The notes beneath the pieces are model-generated. The model made no database searches. It was not told where the DNA came from and saw nothing but the letters and a program-made list of their open reading frames with translations. From contig OZ024742.1 in assembly GCA_964016885.1 (NCBI GenBank), positions 377,084,001 through 377,148,000 of the forward strand: a stretch of 64,000 nucleotides of DNA, read 5' to 3'. The first letter of the stretch is position 1. Each line of letters starts with the position of its first letter. Both the position numbers and the translations under genes were made by a program. This DNA is from Eledone cirrhosa (taxonomy: Eukaryota). Shown here piece by piece: positions 13,201-19,875 of the stretch.

Positions 13201-16200
13201 AAGTCCCAGGTCACTACTGTGGTCGACACGCTTCATCCTATAGTAAAGACTATAAAGTCCCAGGTCACTACTGTGGTCGACACACTTCATACTATAGTAA
13301 AGACTATAAAGTCCCAGGTCACTACTGTGGTCGACACACTTCATACTATAGTAAAGACTATAAAGTCCCAGGTCACTACTGTGGTCGACACACTTCATAC
13401 TATAGTAAAGACTATAAAGTCCCAGGTCACTACTGTGGTCGACACACTTCATACTATAGTAAAGACTATAAAGTCCCAGGTCACTACTGTGGTCGACACA
13501 CTTAATACTATAGTAAAGACTATAAAGTCCCAGGTCACTACTGTGGTCGACACACTTCATACTATAGTAAAGACTATAAAGTCCCAGGTCACTACTGTGG
13601 TCGATACACTTCATCCTATAGTAAAGACTATAAAGTCCCAGGTCACTACTGTGGTCGACACACTTAATACTATAGTAAAGACTATAAAGTCCCAGGTCAC
13701 TACTGTGGTCGACACACTTCATACTATAGTAAAGACTATAAAGTCCCAGGTCACTACTGTGGTCGATACACTTCATCCTATAGTAAAGACTATAAAGTCC
13801 CAGGTCACTACTGTGGTCGACACACTTAATACTATAGTAAAGACCATAAAGTCCCAGGTCACTACTGTGGTCGACACACTTCATCCTATAGTAAAGACTA
13901 TAAAGTCCCAGGTCACTACTGTGGTCGACACACTTAATACTATAGTAAAGACCATAAAGTCCCAGGTCACTACTGTGGTCGACACACTTCATCCTATAGT
14001 AAAGACTATAAAGTCCCAGGTCACTACTGTGGTCGACACACTTCATACTATAGTAAAGACTATAAAGTCCCAGGTCGCTACTGTGGTCGACACACTTCAT
14101 CCTATAGTAAAGACTATAAAGTCCCAGGTCACTACTGTGGTCGACACACTTCATCCTATAGTAAAGACTATAAAGTCCCAGGTCACTACTGTGGTCGACA
14201 CGCTTCATCCTATAGTAAAGACTATAAAGTCCCAGGTCACTACTGTGGTCGACACACTTCATCCTATAGTAAAGACTATAAAGTCCCAGGTCACTACTGT
14301 GGTCGACACACTTCATCCTATATTAAAGACTATAAAGTCCCAGGTCACTACTGTGGTCGACACACTTCATCCTATAGTAAAGACTATAAAGTCCCAGGTC
14401 ACTACTGTGGTCGACACACTTCAACCTATAGTAAAGACTATAAAGTCCCAGGTCACTACTGTGGTCGACACACTTCATCCTATAGTAAAGACTATAAAGT
14501 CCCAGGTCACTACTGTGGTCGACACACTTCATACTATAGTAAAGACCATAAAGTCCCAGGTCACTACTGTGGTCGACACGCTTCATCCTATAGTAAAGAC
14601 TATAAAGTCCCAGGTCACTACTGTGGTCGACACACTTAATACTATAGTAAAGACCATAAAGTCCCAGGTCACTACTGTGGTCGACACGCTTCATCCTATA
14701 GTAAAGACTATAAAGTCCCAGGTCACTACTGTGGTCGACACACTTAATACTATAGTAAAGACTATAAAGTCCCAGGTCACTACTGTGGTCGACACACTTC
14801 ATCCTATAGTAAAGACTATAAAGTCCCAGGTCACTACTGTGGTCGACACACTTCATCCTATAGTAAAGACTATAAAGTCCCAGGTCACTACTGAGGTCGA
14901 CACACTTCAACCTATAGTAAAGACTATAAAGTCCCAGGTCACTACTGTGGTCGACACACTTCATACTATAGTAAAGACTATAAAGTCCCAGGTCACTACT
15001 GTGGTCGACACACTTAATACTATAGTAAAGACCATAAAGTCCCAGGTCACTACTGTGGTCGACACGCTTCATCCTATAGTAAAGACTATAATGTCCCAGG
15101 TCACTACTGTGGTCGACACACTTCATACTATAGTAAAGACTATAAAGTTCCAGGTCACTACTGTGGTCGACACACTTCATCCTATAGTAAAGACTATAAA
15201 GTCCCAGGTCACTACTGTGGTCGACACACTTCATCCTATAGTAAAGACTATAAAGTCCCAGGTCACTACTGTGGTCGACACACTTCATCCTATAGTAAAG
15301 ACTATAAAGTCCCAGGTCACTACTGTGGTCGACACACTTCATCCTATAGTAAAGACCATAAAGTCCCAGGTCACTACTGTGGTAGACATACTTCATCCTA
15401 TAGTAAAGACTATAATGTCCCAGGTCACTGCTGTGGTCGACACACTTCATCCTATAGTAAAGACTATGAAGTCCCAGGTCACTACTGTGGTCGACACACT
15501 TCATCCTATAGTAAAGACTATAAAGTCCCAGGTCACTACTGTGGTCGACACACTTCATCCTATAGTAAAGACTATAAAGTCCCAGGTCACTACTGTGGTC
15601 GACACACTTCATCCTATAGTAAAGACTATAAAGTCCCAGGTCACTACTGTGGTCGACACACTTCATCCTATAGTAAAGACTATAAAGTCCCAGGTCACTA
15701 CTGTGGTCGACACACTTCATCCTATAGTAAAGACTATAAAGTCCCAGGTCACTACTGTGGTGGACACACTTCATCCTATAGTAAAGACTATAAAGTCCCA
15801 GGTCACTACTGTGGTCGACACACTTCATCCTATAGTAAAGACTATAAAGTCCCAGGTCACTAATGTGGTCGACACACTTCATCATATAGTAAAGACTATA
15901 AAGTCCCAGGTCACTACTGTGGTCGACACACTTCATCCTATAGTAAAGACTATAAAGTCCCAGGTCACTACTGTGGTCGACACACTTCATCCTATAGTAA
16001 AGACTATAAAGTCCCATGTCACTACTGTGGTCGATACACTTCATCCTATAGTAAAGACTATAAAGTCCCAGGTCACTACTGTGGTCGACACACTTCATAC
16101 TATAGTAAAGACTATAAAGTCCCAGGTCACTACTGTGGTCGACACACTTCATACTATAGTAAAGACTATAAAGTCCCAGGTCACTACTGTAGTCGACAGA

Positions 16201-19200
16201 CTTCATACTATAGTAAAGACAATAAAGTCCCAGGACACTACTGTGGTCGACACACTTCATACTATAGTAAAGACTATAAAGTCCCAGGTCACTACTGTGG
16301 TCGACACACTTCATCCTATAGTAAAGACTATAAAGTCCCAGGTCACTACTGTGGTCGACACACTTCATACTATAGTAAAGACTATAAAGTCCCAGGTCAC
16401 TACTGTGGTCGACACACTTCATACTATAGTAAAGACTATAAAGTCCCAGGTCACTACTGTGGTCGACACACTTCATCCTATAGTAAAGACTATAAAGTCC
16501 CAGGTCACTACTGTGGTCGACACACCTCATACTATAGTAAAGACTATAAAGTCCCAGGTCACTACTGTGGTCGACACACTTCAACCTATAGTAAAGACTA
16601 TTAAGTCCCAGGTCACTACTGTGGTCGACACACTTCATCCTATAGTAAAGACTATAAAGTCCCAGCTCACTACTGTGGTCGACACACTTCATACTATAGT
16701 AAAGACTATAAAGTCCCAGGTCACTACTGTGGTCGACACACTTCATCCTATAGTAAAGACTATAAAGTCCCAGGTCACTACTGTGGTCGACACACTTCAT
16801 ACTATAGTAAAGACCATAAAGTCCCAGGTCACTACTGTGGTCGACACGCTTCATCCTATAGTAAAGACTATAAAGTCCCAGGTCACTACTGTGGTCGACA
16901 CACTTAATACTATAGTAAAGACCATAAAGTCCCAGGTCACTACTGTGGTCGACACGCTTCATCCTATAGTAAAGACTATAAAGTCCCAGGTCACTACTGT
17001 GGTCGACACACTTAATACTATAGTAAAGACTATAAAGTCCCAGGTCACTACTGTGGTCGACACACTTCATCCTATAGTAAAGACTATAAAGTCCCAGGTC
17101 ACTACTGTGGTCGACACACTTCATCCTATAGTAAAGACTATAAAGTCCCAGGTCACTACTGAGGTCGACACACTTCAACCTATAGTAAAGACTATAAAGT
17201 CCCAGGTCACTACTGTGGTCGACACACTTCATACTATAGTAAAGACTATAAAGTCCCAGGTCACTACTGTGGTCGACACACTTAATACTATAGTAAAGAC
17301 CATAAAGTCCCAGGTCACTACTGTGGTCGACACGCTTCATCCTATAGTAAAGACTATAAAGTCCCAGGTCACTACTGTGGTCGACACACTTCATACTATA
17401 GTAAAGACTATAAAGTCCCAGGTCACTACTGTGGTCGACACACTTCATACTATAGTAAAGACTATAAAGTCCCAGGTCACTACTGTGGTCGACACACTTC
17501 ATACTATAGTAAAGACTATAAAGTCCCAGGTCACTACTGTGGTCGACACACTTCATACTATAGTAAAGACTATAAAGTCCCAGGTCACTACTGTGGTCGA
17601 CACACTTAATACTATAGTAAAGACTATAAAGTCCCAGGTCACTACTGTGGTCGACACACTTCATACTATAGTAAAGACTATAAAGTCCCAGGTCACTACT
17701 GTGGTCGATACACTTCATCCTATAGTAAAGACTATAAAGTCCCAGGTCACTACTGTGGTCGACACACTTAATACTATAGTAAAGACTATAAAGTCCCAGG
17801 TCACTACTGTGGTCGACACACTTCATACTATAGTAAAGACTATAAAGTCCCAGGTCACTACTGTGGTCGATACACTTCATCCTATAGTAAAGACTATAAA
17901 GTCCCAGGTCACTACTGTGGTCGACACACTTAATACTATAGTAAAGACCATAAAGTCCCAGGTCACTACTGTGGTCGACACACTTCATCCTATAGTAAAG
18001 ACTATAAAGTCCCAGGTCACTACTGTGGTCGACACACTTAATACTATAGTAAAGACCATAAAGTCCCAGGTCACTACTGTGGTCGACACACTTCATCCTA
18101 TAGTAAAGACTATAAAGTCCCAGGTCACTACTGTGGTCGACACACTTCATACTATAGTAAAGACTATAAAGTCCCAGGTCGCTACTGTGGTCGACACACT
18201 TCATCCTATAGTAAAGACTATAAAGTCCCAGGTCACTACTGTGGTCGACACACTTCATCCTATAGTAAAGACTATAAAGTCCCAGGTCACTACTGTGGTC
18301 GACACGCTTCATCCTATAGTAAAGACTATAAAGTCCCAGGTCACTACTGTGGTCGACACACTTCATCCTATAGTAAAGACTATAAAGTCCCAGGTCACTA
18401 CTGTGGTCGACACACTTCATCCTATATTAAAGACTATAAAGTCCCAGGTCACTACTGTGGTCGACACACTTCATCCTATAGTAAAGACTATAAAGTCCCA
18501 GGTCACTACTGTGGTCGACACACTTCAACCTATAGTAAAGACTATAAAGTCCCAGGTCACTACTGTGGTCGACACACTTCATCCTATAGTAAAGACTATA
18601 AAGTCCCAGGTCACTACTGTGGTCGACACACTTCAACCTATAGTAAAGACTATAAAGTCCCAGGTCACTACTGTGGTCGACACACTTCATCCTATAGTAA
18701 AGACTATAAAGTCCCAGGTCACTACTGTGGTCGACACACTTCATACTATAGTAAAGACTATAAAGTCCCAGGTCACTACTGTGGTCGACACACTTCATCC
18801 TATAGTAAAGACTATAAAGTCCCAGGTCACTACTGTGGTCGACACACTTCATCCTATAGTAAAGACTATAAAGTCCAAGGTCACTACTGTAGTCGATACA
18901 CTTCATACTATAGTAAAGACTATAAAGTCCCAGGTCACTACTGTGGTCGACACACTTCATCCTATAGTAAAGACTATAAAGTCCCAGGTCACTACTGTGG
19001 TCGACACACTTCATCCTATAGTAAAGACTATAAAGTCCCAGGTCACTACTGTGGTCGACACACTTCATCCTATAGTAAAGACTATAAAGCCCCAGGTCAC
19101 TACTGTGGTCGACACACTTCATCCTATAGTAAAGAGTATAAAGACCCAGGTCGCTACTGTGGTCGACACAGTTCATCCTATAGTAAAGACTATAAAATCC

Positions 19201-19875
19201 CAGGTCACTACTGTGGTCGACACACTTCATCCTATAGTAAAGACTATAAAGTCCCAGGTCACTACTGTGGTCGACAGACTTAATACTATAGTAAAGACTA
19301 TAAAGTCCCAGGTCACTACTGTGGTCGACACACTTCATACTATAGTAAAGACTATAAAGTCCCAGGTCACTACTGTGGTCGACACACTTCATACTATAGG
19401 AAAGACTATAAAGTCCCAGGTCACTACTGTGGTGGACACACTTCATGCTATAGTAAAGACTATAAAGTCCCCGGTCACTAATGTGGTCGACACACTTCAT
19501 ACTATAGTAAAGACTATAAAGTCCCAGATCACTACTGTGGTCGACACACGTAATACTATAGTAAAGACCATAAAGTCCCAGGTCACTGACACGCTTCATC
19601 CTATAGTAAAGACTATAAAGTCCCAGGTCACTACTGTGGTCGACACACTTAATACTATAGTAAAGACCATAAAGTCCCAGGTCACTACTGTGGTCGACAC
19701 GCTTCATCCTATAGTAAAGACTATAAAGTCCCAGGTCACTACTGTGGTCGACACACTTAATACTATAGTAAAGACTATAAAGTCCCAGGTCACTACTGTG
19801 GTCGACACACTTCATCCTATAGTAAAGACTAAAAGTCCCAGGTCACTACTGTGGTCGACACACTTCATCCTATAG
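1..19875 (+). CDS. Candidate 5'-truncated giant repetitive ORF of 18-aa amphipathic units (SQVTTVVDTLH[P/T]IVKTIK), >6,600 codons; coding status unproven
   Basis: Frame 1 is open from base 1; the 'M' at 46 is only an internal GTG. The only indels are net -3 (~8857) and -9 (~19588). The ORF ends after a 1-nt deletion at ~19831. Helical amphipathicity is perfect. Against coding: there is no start or unique domain in view, most variants are non-synonymous, and the monomer is intrinsically stop-free in this frame. Confidence 0.2.
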   Translation, partial: TLHTTVKTIKSQVTTVVDTLHPIVKTIKSQVTTVVDTLHTIVKTMKSQVTTVVFTLHPIVKTIKPQVTTVVDTLHTIGKTIKSQVTTVVDTLHPIVKTIKSQVTTVVDTLHTIVKTIKSQVTTVVDTLHPIVKTIKSQVTTVVDRLHPIVKTIKSQVTTVVDTLHPIVKTIKSQVTTVVDRLHPIVKTIKSQVTTVVDTLHTIVKTIMSQVTTVVDTLHTIVKTINSQVTTVVDTLHTIVKTIKSQVTTVVDTLHPIVKTIKSQVTTVVDTLHPIVKTIKSQVTTVVDTLHTIVKTIQSQVTNVVDTLHTIVKTIKSQATTVVDTLHTIVKTIKSQVTTVVDTIHPIVKTIKSQVTTVVDTLHPIVKTIKSQVTTVVDTLHTIVKTIKSQVTTVVDTLHPIVKTIKSQVTTVVDTLHPIVKTIKSQVTTEVDTLQPLVKTIKSQVTTMVDTLHPIVKTIKSQVTTVVDTLHTIVKTIKSQVTTVVDTLHTIVKTIKSQVTTVVDTLHTIVKNIKSQVTTVVDTLHTIVKTIKSQVTTVVDTIHTIVKTIKSQVTTVVDTLHPIVKTIKSQVTTVVDTLHPIVKTIKSQVTTMVDTLQPLVKTIKSQVTTVVFTLHPIVRTIKSQVTTMVDTLHPIVKTIKPQVTTVVDTLHPIVKAIKSQVTNMVDTLHTIVKTIKSQVTTVVDTLHPILKTIKSQVTTVVDTLHTIVKNIKSQVTTVVDTLHTIVKTIKSQVTTVVDTIHTIVKTIKSQVTTVVATLHPIVKNIKSQVPTVVDTLYTIVKTIKSQVTTVVATLHPILKTIKSQVTTVVDTLHPIVKNIKSQVTTVVDTLHPIVKNIKSQVPTVVDTLHTIVKTIKSQVTTVVATLHPILKTIKSQVTTVVDTLHPILKTIKSQVTTVVDTLHPIVKTIKSQVTTVVDTLHPILKTIKSQVTTVVDTLHPILKTIKSQVTTVVDTLHPILKTIKSQVTTVVDTLHTIVKTIKSQVTTVVDTLQPIVKTIKSQVTTVVDTLHTIVKTVKSQVTTVVDTLHPIVKTIKSQVTTVVDTLHPTVKTIKSQVTTVVDTLHPIVTSIKSQVTTVVDTLHTIVKTIKSQVTTVVDILHPIVKTIKSQVTTVVDTLHTIVKTIKSQVTIMGETLHPIVKNIKSQVTTVVDTLHPIVKTIKSQVTTVVDTLHTIVKTIKSQVITVVDTLHPIVKIIKSQVTTVVDTLHTIVKTIKSQVTTVVDTLHTTVKTIKSQVTTVVDTLHPIVKTIKSQVTIVVDTLHTIVKTMKSQVTTVVFTLHPIVKTIKPQVTTVVDTLHTIGKTIKSQVTTVVDTLHPIVKTIKSQVTTVVDTLHTIVKTIKSQVTTVVDTLHPIVKTIKSQVTTVVDRLHPIVKTIKSQVTTVVDTLHPIVKTIKSQVTTVVDRLHPIVKTIKSQVTTVVDTLHPIVKTIKSQVTTVVDTLHPIVKTIKSQVTTVVDTLHPIVKTIKSQVTTLVDTLHPIIKTIKSQVPTVVDTLHPIVKTIKSQVTTVVDTLHPIVKTIKSQVTTVVDTLHTIVKTIKSQVTTVVDTLHPIVKTIKSQVPTVVDTLHPIVKIIKSQVTTLVDTLHPIVKTIKSQVTTVVDTLQPIVKTIKSQVTTVVDTLHPIVKTIKSQVTTVVFILHPIVKTIKSQVTSVVDTLHTIVKSIKSQVTTVVDTLHTIVKSIKSQVTTVFDTLHPIVKTIKSQVTTVVDTLHTIVKTIKSQVTTVVDTLQPIVKTIKSQVTTVVDTLHPIIKTIKFQVTTVVDTLHTIVKTIKSQDTTVVDTLHPIVKTIKSQVTTVVDTLQPIVKTIKSQVTTVVDTLHPIIKTIKFQVTTVVDTLHTIVKTIKSQVTTVVDTLHPIVKTIKSQVTTVVDTLQRIVKTIKSQVTTVVDTLHPIVKTIKSQLTTVVDTLHTIVKTIKSQVATVVDTLHPIVKTIKSQVTTVVDTLHPIVKTIKSQVTTVVDTLHPIVKTIKSQVTTVVDTLHPIVKTIKSQVTTVGDTLHSILKTIKSQVTTVVDTLHPIVKTIKSQVTTVVDTLQPIVKTIKSQVTTVVDTLHPIVKTIKSQVTTVVDTLQPIVKTIKSQVTTVVDTLHPIVKTIKSQVTTVVDTLHTIVKTIKSQVTTVVDTLHPLVKTIKSQVTTVVDTLHPIVKTIKSQVTTVVDTLHTIVKTIKSQVTTVVDTLQPIVKTIKSQVTTVVDTLHPIVKTIKSQVTTVVFILHPIVKTIKSQVTSVVDTLHTIVKSIKSQVTTVVDTLHTIVKSIKSQVTTVFDTLHPIVKTIKSQVTTVVDTLHTIVKTIKSQVTTVVDTLQPIVKTIKSQVTTVVDTLHPIIKTIKFQVTTVVDTLHTIVKTIKSQVTTVVDTLHPIVKTIKSQVTTVVDTLQPIVKTIKSQVTTVVDTLHPIIKTIKFQVTTVVDTLHTIVKTIKSQVTTVVDTLHPIVKTIKSQVTTVVDTLQRIVKTIKSQVTTVVDTLHPIVKTIKSQLTTVVDTLHTIVKTIKSQVATVVDTLHPIVKTIKSQVTTVVDTLHPIVKTIKSQVTTVVDTLHPIVKTIKSQVTTVVDTLQPIVKTIKSQVTTVVDTLHPIVKTIKSQVTTVVDTLHPLVKTIKSQVTTVVDTLHTIVKTIKSQVTTVVDTLHPIVKTIKSQVTTVVDTLNTIVKTIKSQVTTVVDTLHPIVKTIKSQVTTVVDTLNTIVKTIKSQVTTVVDTLHPIVKTIKSQVTTVVDTLHTIVKTIKSQVTTVVDTLNTIVKTIKSQVTTVVDTLHPIVKTIKSQVTTVVDTLHTIVKTIKSQVTTVVDTLHTIVKTIKSQVTTVVDTLHTIVKTIKSQVTTVVDTLHTIVKTIKSQVTTVVDTLHTIVKTIKSQVTTVLDTLHTIVKTIKSQVTTVVDTLHTIVKTIKSQVTTVVDTLHPIVKTIKSQVTTVVDTLNTIVKTIKSQVTTVVDTLHPIVKTIKSQVTTVVDTYTIVKTIKSQVTTVVDTLHPIVKTIKSQVTTVVDTLHPIVKTIKSQVTTVVDTLHPIVKTIKSQVTTVVDTLHPIVKTMKSQVTTVVDTLHPIVKTIKSQVTTVVDTLHPIVKTIKSQVTTVVDTLHPIVKTIKSQVTTVVDTLHPIVKTIKSQVTTVVDTLHPIVKTIKSQVTTVVDTLHPIVKTIKSQVTTVVDTLHPIVKTIKSQVTNAVDTLHHIVKTIKSQVTTVVDTLHPIVKTIKSQVTTVVDTLHPIVKTIKSHVTTVVDTLHPIVKTIKSQVTTVVDTLHTIVKTIKSQLTTVVDTLHTIVKTIKSQVTTVVDRLHTIVKTIKSQDTTVVDTLHTIVKTIKSQVTTVVDTLHPIVKTIKSQVTTVVDTLHTIVKTIKSQVTTVVDTLHTIVKTIKSQVTTVVDTLHPIVKTIKSQVTTVVDTPHTIVKTIKSQVTTVVDTLQPIVKTIKSQVTTVVDTLHPIVKTIKSQLTTVVDTLHTIVKTIKSQVTTVVDTLHPIVKTIKSQVTTVVDTLHTIVKTIKSQVTTVVDTLHPIVKTIKSQVTTVVDTLNTIVKTIKSQVTTVVDTLHPIVKTIKSQVTTVVDTLNTIVKTIKSQVTTVVDTLHPIVKTIKSQVTTVVGTLHPIVKTIKSQVTTEVDTLQPIVKTIKSQVTTVVDTLHTIVKTIKSQVTTVVDTLNTIVKTIKSQVTTVVDTLHPIVKTIMSQVTTVVDTLHTIVKTIKFQVTTVVDTLHPIVKTIKSQVTTVVDTLHPIVKTIKSQVTTVVDTLHPIVKTIKSQVTTVVDTLHPIVKTIKSQVTTVVDILHPIVKTIMSQVTAVVDTLHPIVKTMKSQVTTVVDTLHPIVKTIKSQVTTVVDTLHPIVKTIKSQVTTVVDTLHPIVKTIKSQVTTVVDTLHPIVKTIKSQVTTVVDTLHPIVKTIKSQVTTVVDTLHPIVKTIKSQVTTVVDTLHPIVKTIKSQVTNVVDTLHHIVKTIKSQVTTVVDTLHPIVKTIKSQVTTVVDTLHPIVKTIKSHVTTVVDTLHPIVKTIKSQVTTVVDTLHTIVKTIKSQVTTVVDTLHTIVKTIKSQVTTVVDRLHTIVKTIKSQDTTVVDTLHTIVKTIKSQVTTVVDTLHPIVKTIKSQVTTVVDTLHTIVKTIKSQVTTVVDTLHTIVKTIKSQVTTVVDTLHPIVKTIKSQVTTVVDTPHTIVKTIKSQVTTVVDTLQPIVKTIKSQVTTVVDTLHPIVKTIKSQLTTVVDTLHTIVKTIKSQVTTVVDTLHPIVKTIKSQVTTVVDTLHTIVKTIKSQVTTVVDTLHPIVKTIKSQVTTVVDTLNTIVKTIKSQVTTVVDTLHPIVKTIKSQVTTVVDTLNTIVKTIKSQVTTVVDTLHPIVKTIKSQVTTVVDTLHPIVKTIKSQVTTEVDTLQPIVKTIKSQVTTVVDTLHTIVKTIKSQVTTVVDTLNTIVKTIKSQVTTVVDTLHPIVKTIKSQVTTVVDTLHTIVKTIKSQVTTVVDTLHTIVKTIKSQVTTVVDTLHTIVKTIKSQVTTVVDTLHTIVKTIKSQVTTVVDTLNTIVKTIKSQVTTVVDTLHTIVKTIKSQVTTVVDTLHPIVKTIKSQVTTVVDTLNTIVKTIKSQVTTVVDTLHTIVKTIKSQVTTVVDTLHPIVKTIKSQVTTVVDTLNTIVKTIKSQVTTVVDTLHPIVKTIKSQVTTVVDTLNTIVKTIKSQVTTVVDTLHPIVKTIKSQVTTVVDTLHTIVKTIKSQVATVVDTLHPIVKTIKSQVTTVVDTLHPIVKTIKSQVTTVVDTLHPIVKTIKSQVTTVVDTLHPIVKTIKSQVTTVVDTLHPILKTIKSQVTTVVDTLHPIVKTIKSQVTTVVDTLQPIVKTIKSQVTTVVDTLHPIVKTIKSQVTTVVDTLHTIVKTIKSQVTTVVDTLHPIVKTIKSQVTTVVDTLNTIVKTIKSQVTTVVDTLHPIVKTIKSQVTTVVDTLNTIVKTIKSQVTTVVDTLHPIVKTIKSQVTTVVDTLHPIVKTIKSQVTTEVDTLQPIVKTIKSQVTTVVDTLHTIVKTIKSQVTTVVDTLNTIVKTIKSQVTTVVDTLHPIVKTIMSQVTTVVDTLHTIVKTIKFQVTTVVDTLHPIVKTIKSQVTTVVDTLHPIVKTIKSQVTTVVDTLHPIVKTIKSQVTTVVDTLHPIVKTIKSQVTTVVDILHPIVKTIMSQVTAVVDTLHPIVKTMKSQVTTVVDTLHPIVKTIKSQVTTVVDTLHPIVKTIKSQVTTVVDTLHPIVKTIKSQVTTVVDTLHPIVKTIKSQVTTVVDTLHPIVKTIKSQVTTVVDTLHPIVKTIKSQVTTVVDTLHPIVKTIKSQVTNVVDTLHHIVKTIKSQVTTVVDTLHPIVKTIKSQVTTVVDTLHPIVKTIKSHVTTVVDTLHPIVKTIKSQVTTVVDTLHTIVKTIKSQVTTVVDTLHTIVKTIKSQVTTVVDRLHTIVKTIKSQDTTVVDTLHTIVKTIKSQVTTVVDTLHPIVKTIKSQVTTVVDTLHTIVKTIKSQVTTVVDTLHTIVKTIKSQVTTVVDTLHPIVKTIKSQVTTVVDTPHTIVKTIKSQVTTVVDTLQPIVKTIKSQVTTVVDTLHPIVKTIKSQLTTVVDTLHTIVKTIKSQVTTVVDTLHPIVKTIKSQVTTVVDTLHTIVKTIKSQVTTVVDTLHPIVKTIKSQVTTVVDTLNTIVKTIKSQVTTVVDTLHPIVKTIKSQVTTVVDTLNTIVKTIKSQVTTVVDTLHPIVKTIKSQVTTVVDTLHPIVKTIKSQVTTEVDTLQPIVKTIKSQVTTVVDTLHTIVKTIKSQVTTVVDTLNTIVKTIKSQVTTVVDTLHPIVKTIKSQVTTVVDTLHTIVKTIKSQVTTVVDTLHTIVKTIKSQVTTVVDTLHTIVKTIKSQVTTVVDTLHTIVKTIKSQVTTVVDTLNTIVKTIKSQVTTVVDTLHTIVKTIKSQVTTVVDTLHPIVKTIKSQVTTVVDTLNTIVKTIKSQVTTVVDTLHTIVKTIKSQVTTVVDTLHPIVKTIKSQVTTVVDTLNTIVKTIKSQVTTVVDTLHPIVKTIKSQVTTVVDTLNTIVKTIKSQVTTVVDTLHPIVKTIKSQVTTVVDTLHTIVKTIKSQVATVVDTLHPIVKTIKSQVTTVVDTLHPIVKTIKSQVTTVVDTLHPIVKTIKSQVTTVVDTLHPIVKTIKSQVTTVVDTLHPILKTIKSQVTTVVDTLHPIVKTIKSQVTTVVDTLQPIVKTIKSQVTTVVDTLHPIVKTIKSQVTTVVDTLQPIVKTIKSQVTTVVDTLHPIVKTIKSQVTTVVDTLHTIVKTIKSQVTTVVDTLHPIVKTIKSQVTTVVDTLHPIVKTIKSKVTTVVDTLHTIVKTIKSQVTTVVDTLHPIVKTIKSQVTTVVDTLHPIVKTIKSQVTTVVDTLHPIVKTIKPQVTTVVDTLHPIVKSIKTQVATVVDTVHPIVKTIKSQVTTVVDTLHPIVKTIKSQVTTVVDRLNTIVKTIKSQVTTVVDTLHTIVKTIKSQVTTVVDTLHTIGKTIKSQVTTVVDTLHAIVKTIKSPVTNVVDTLHTIVKTIKSQITTVVDTRNTIVKTIKSQVTDTLHPIVKTIKSQVTTVVDTLNTIVKTIKSQVTTVVDTLHPIVKTIKSQVTTVVDTLNTIVKTIKSQVTTVVDTLHPIVKTKSPRSLLWSTHFIL
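4760..7673. repeat. Higher-order duplication: ~4760-5945 recurs at ~6488-7673 (offset 1728 = 32 monomers), with an internal 4-monomer (216-bp) duplication
   Basis: tttcatactt occurs at 4911 and 6639. Shared variants: tcacagg/acttctg, aagagt x2, gtgttcgac, gtcgtcgac-caacct-ataata-ttccag x2, caacgt, cagctc, gtcgct, gacacgc. Confidence 0.9.
9065..13253. repeat. Higher-order duplication, offset 2268 = 42 monomers (~9065-10985 vs ~11333-13253)
   Basis: actatgaag occurs at 9091 and 11359. Shared variants: gtggtggac, catcatata, cccatgtc+gat, acagactt, caggacact, cacctcat, actattaag, cagctc, actgaggtc. Confidence 0.9.
10325..18630. repeat. Near-perfect tandem duplication of a 4104-bp (76-monomer) block
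   Basis: accata occurs at 10441 and 14545, and the atatta variant at ~14320 and ~18424. Minus-strand ORF ends fall at 14316 and 18420. I noticed only two differences between copies (ggc at 10741; gtggtggac at ~11005). Confidence 0.92.

Noticed and set aside
1-19875. Absence of stop codons alone as proof of coding selection
   Set aside because: Only 3 of 162 single substitutions make a stop in this frame, the array is young and internally duplicated, and most variants are non-synonymous, including V>D, V>E, L>P and V>G.
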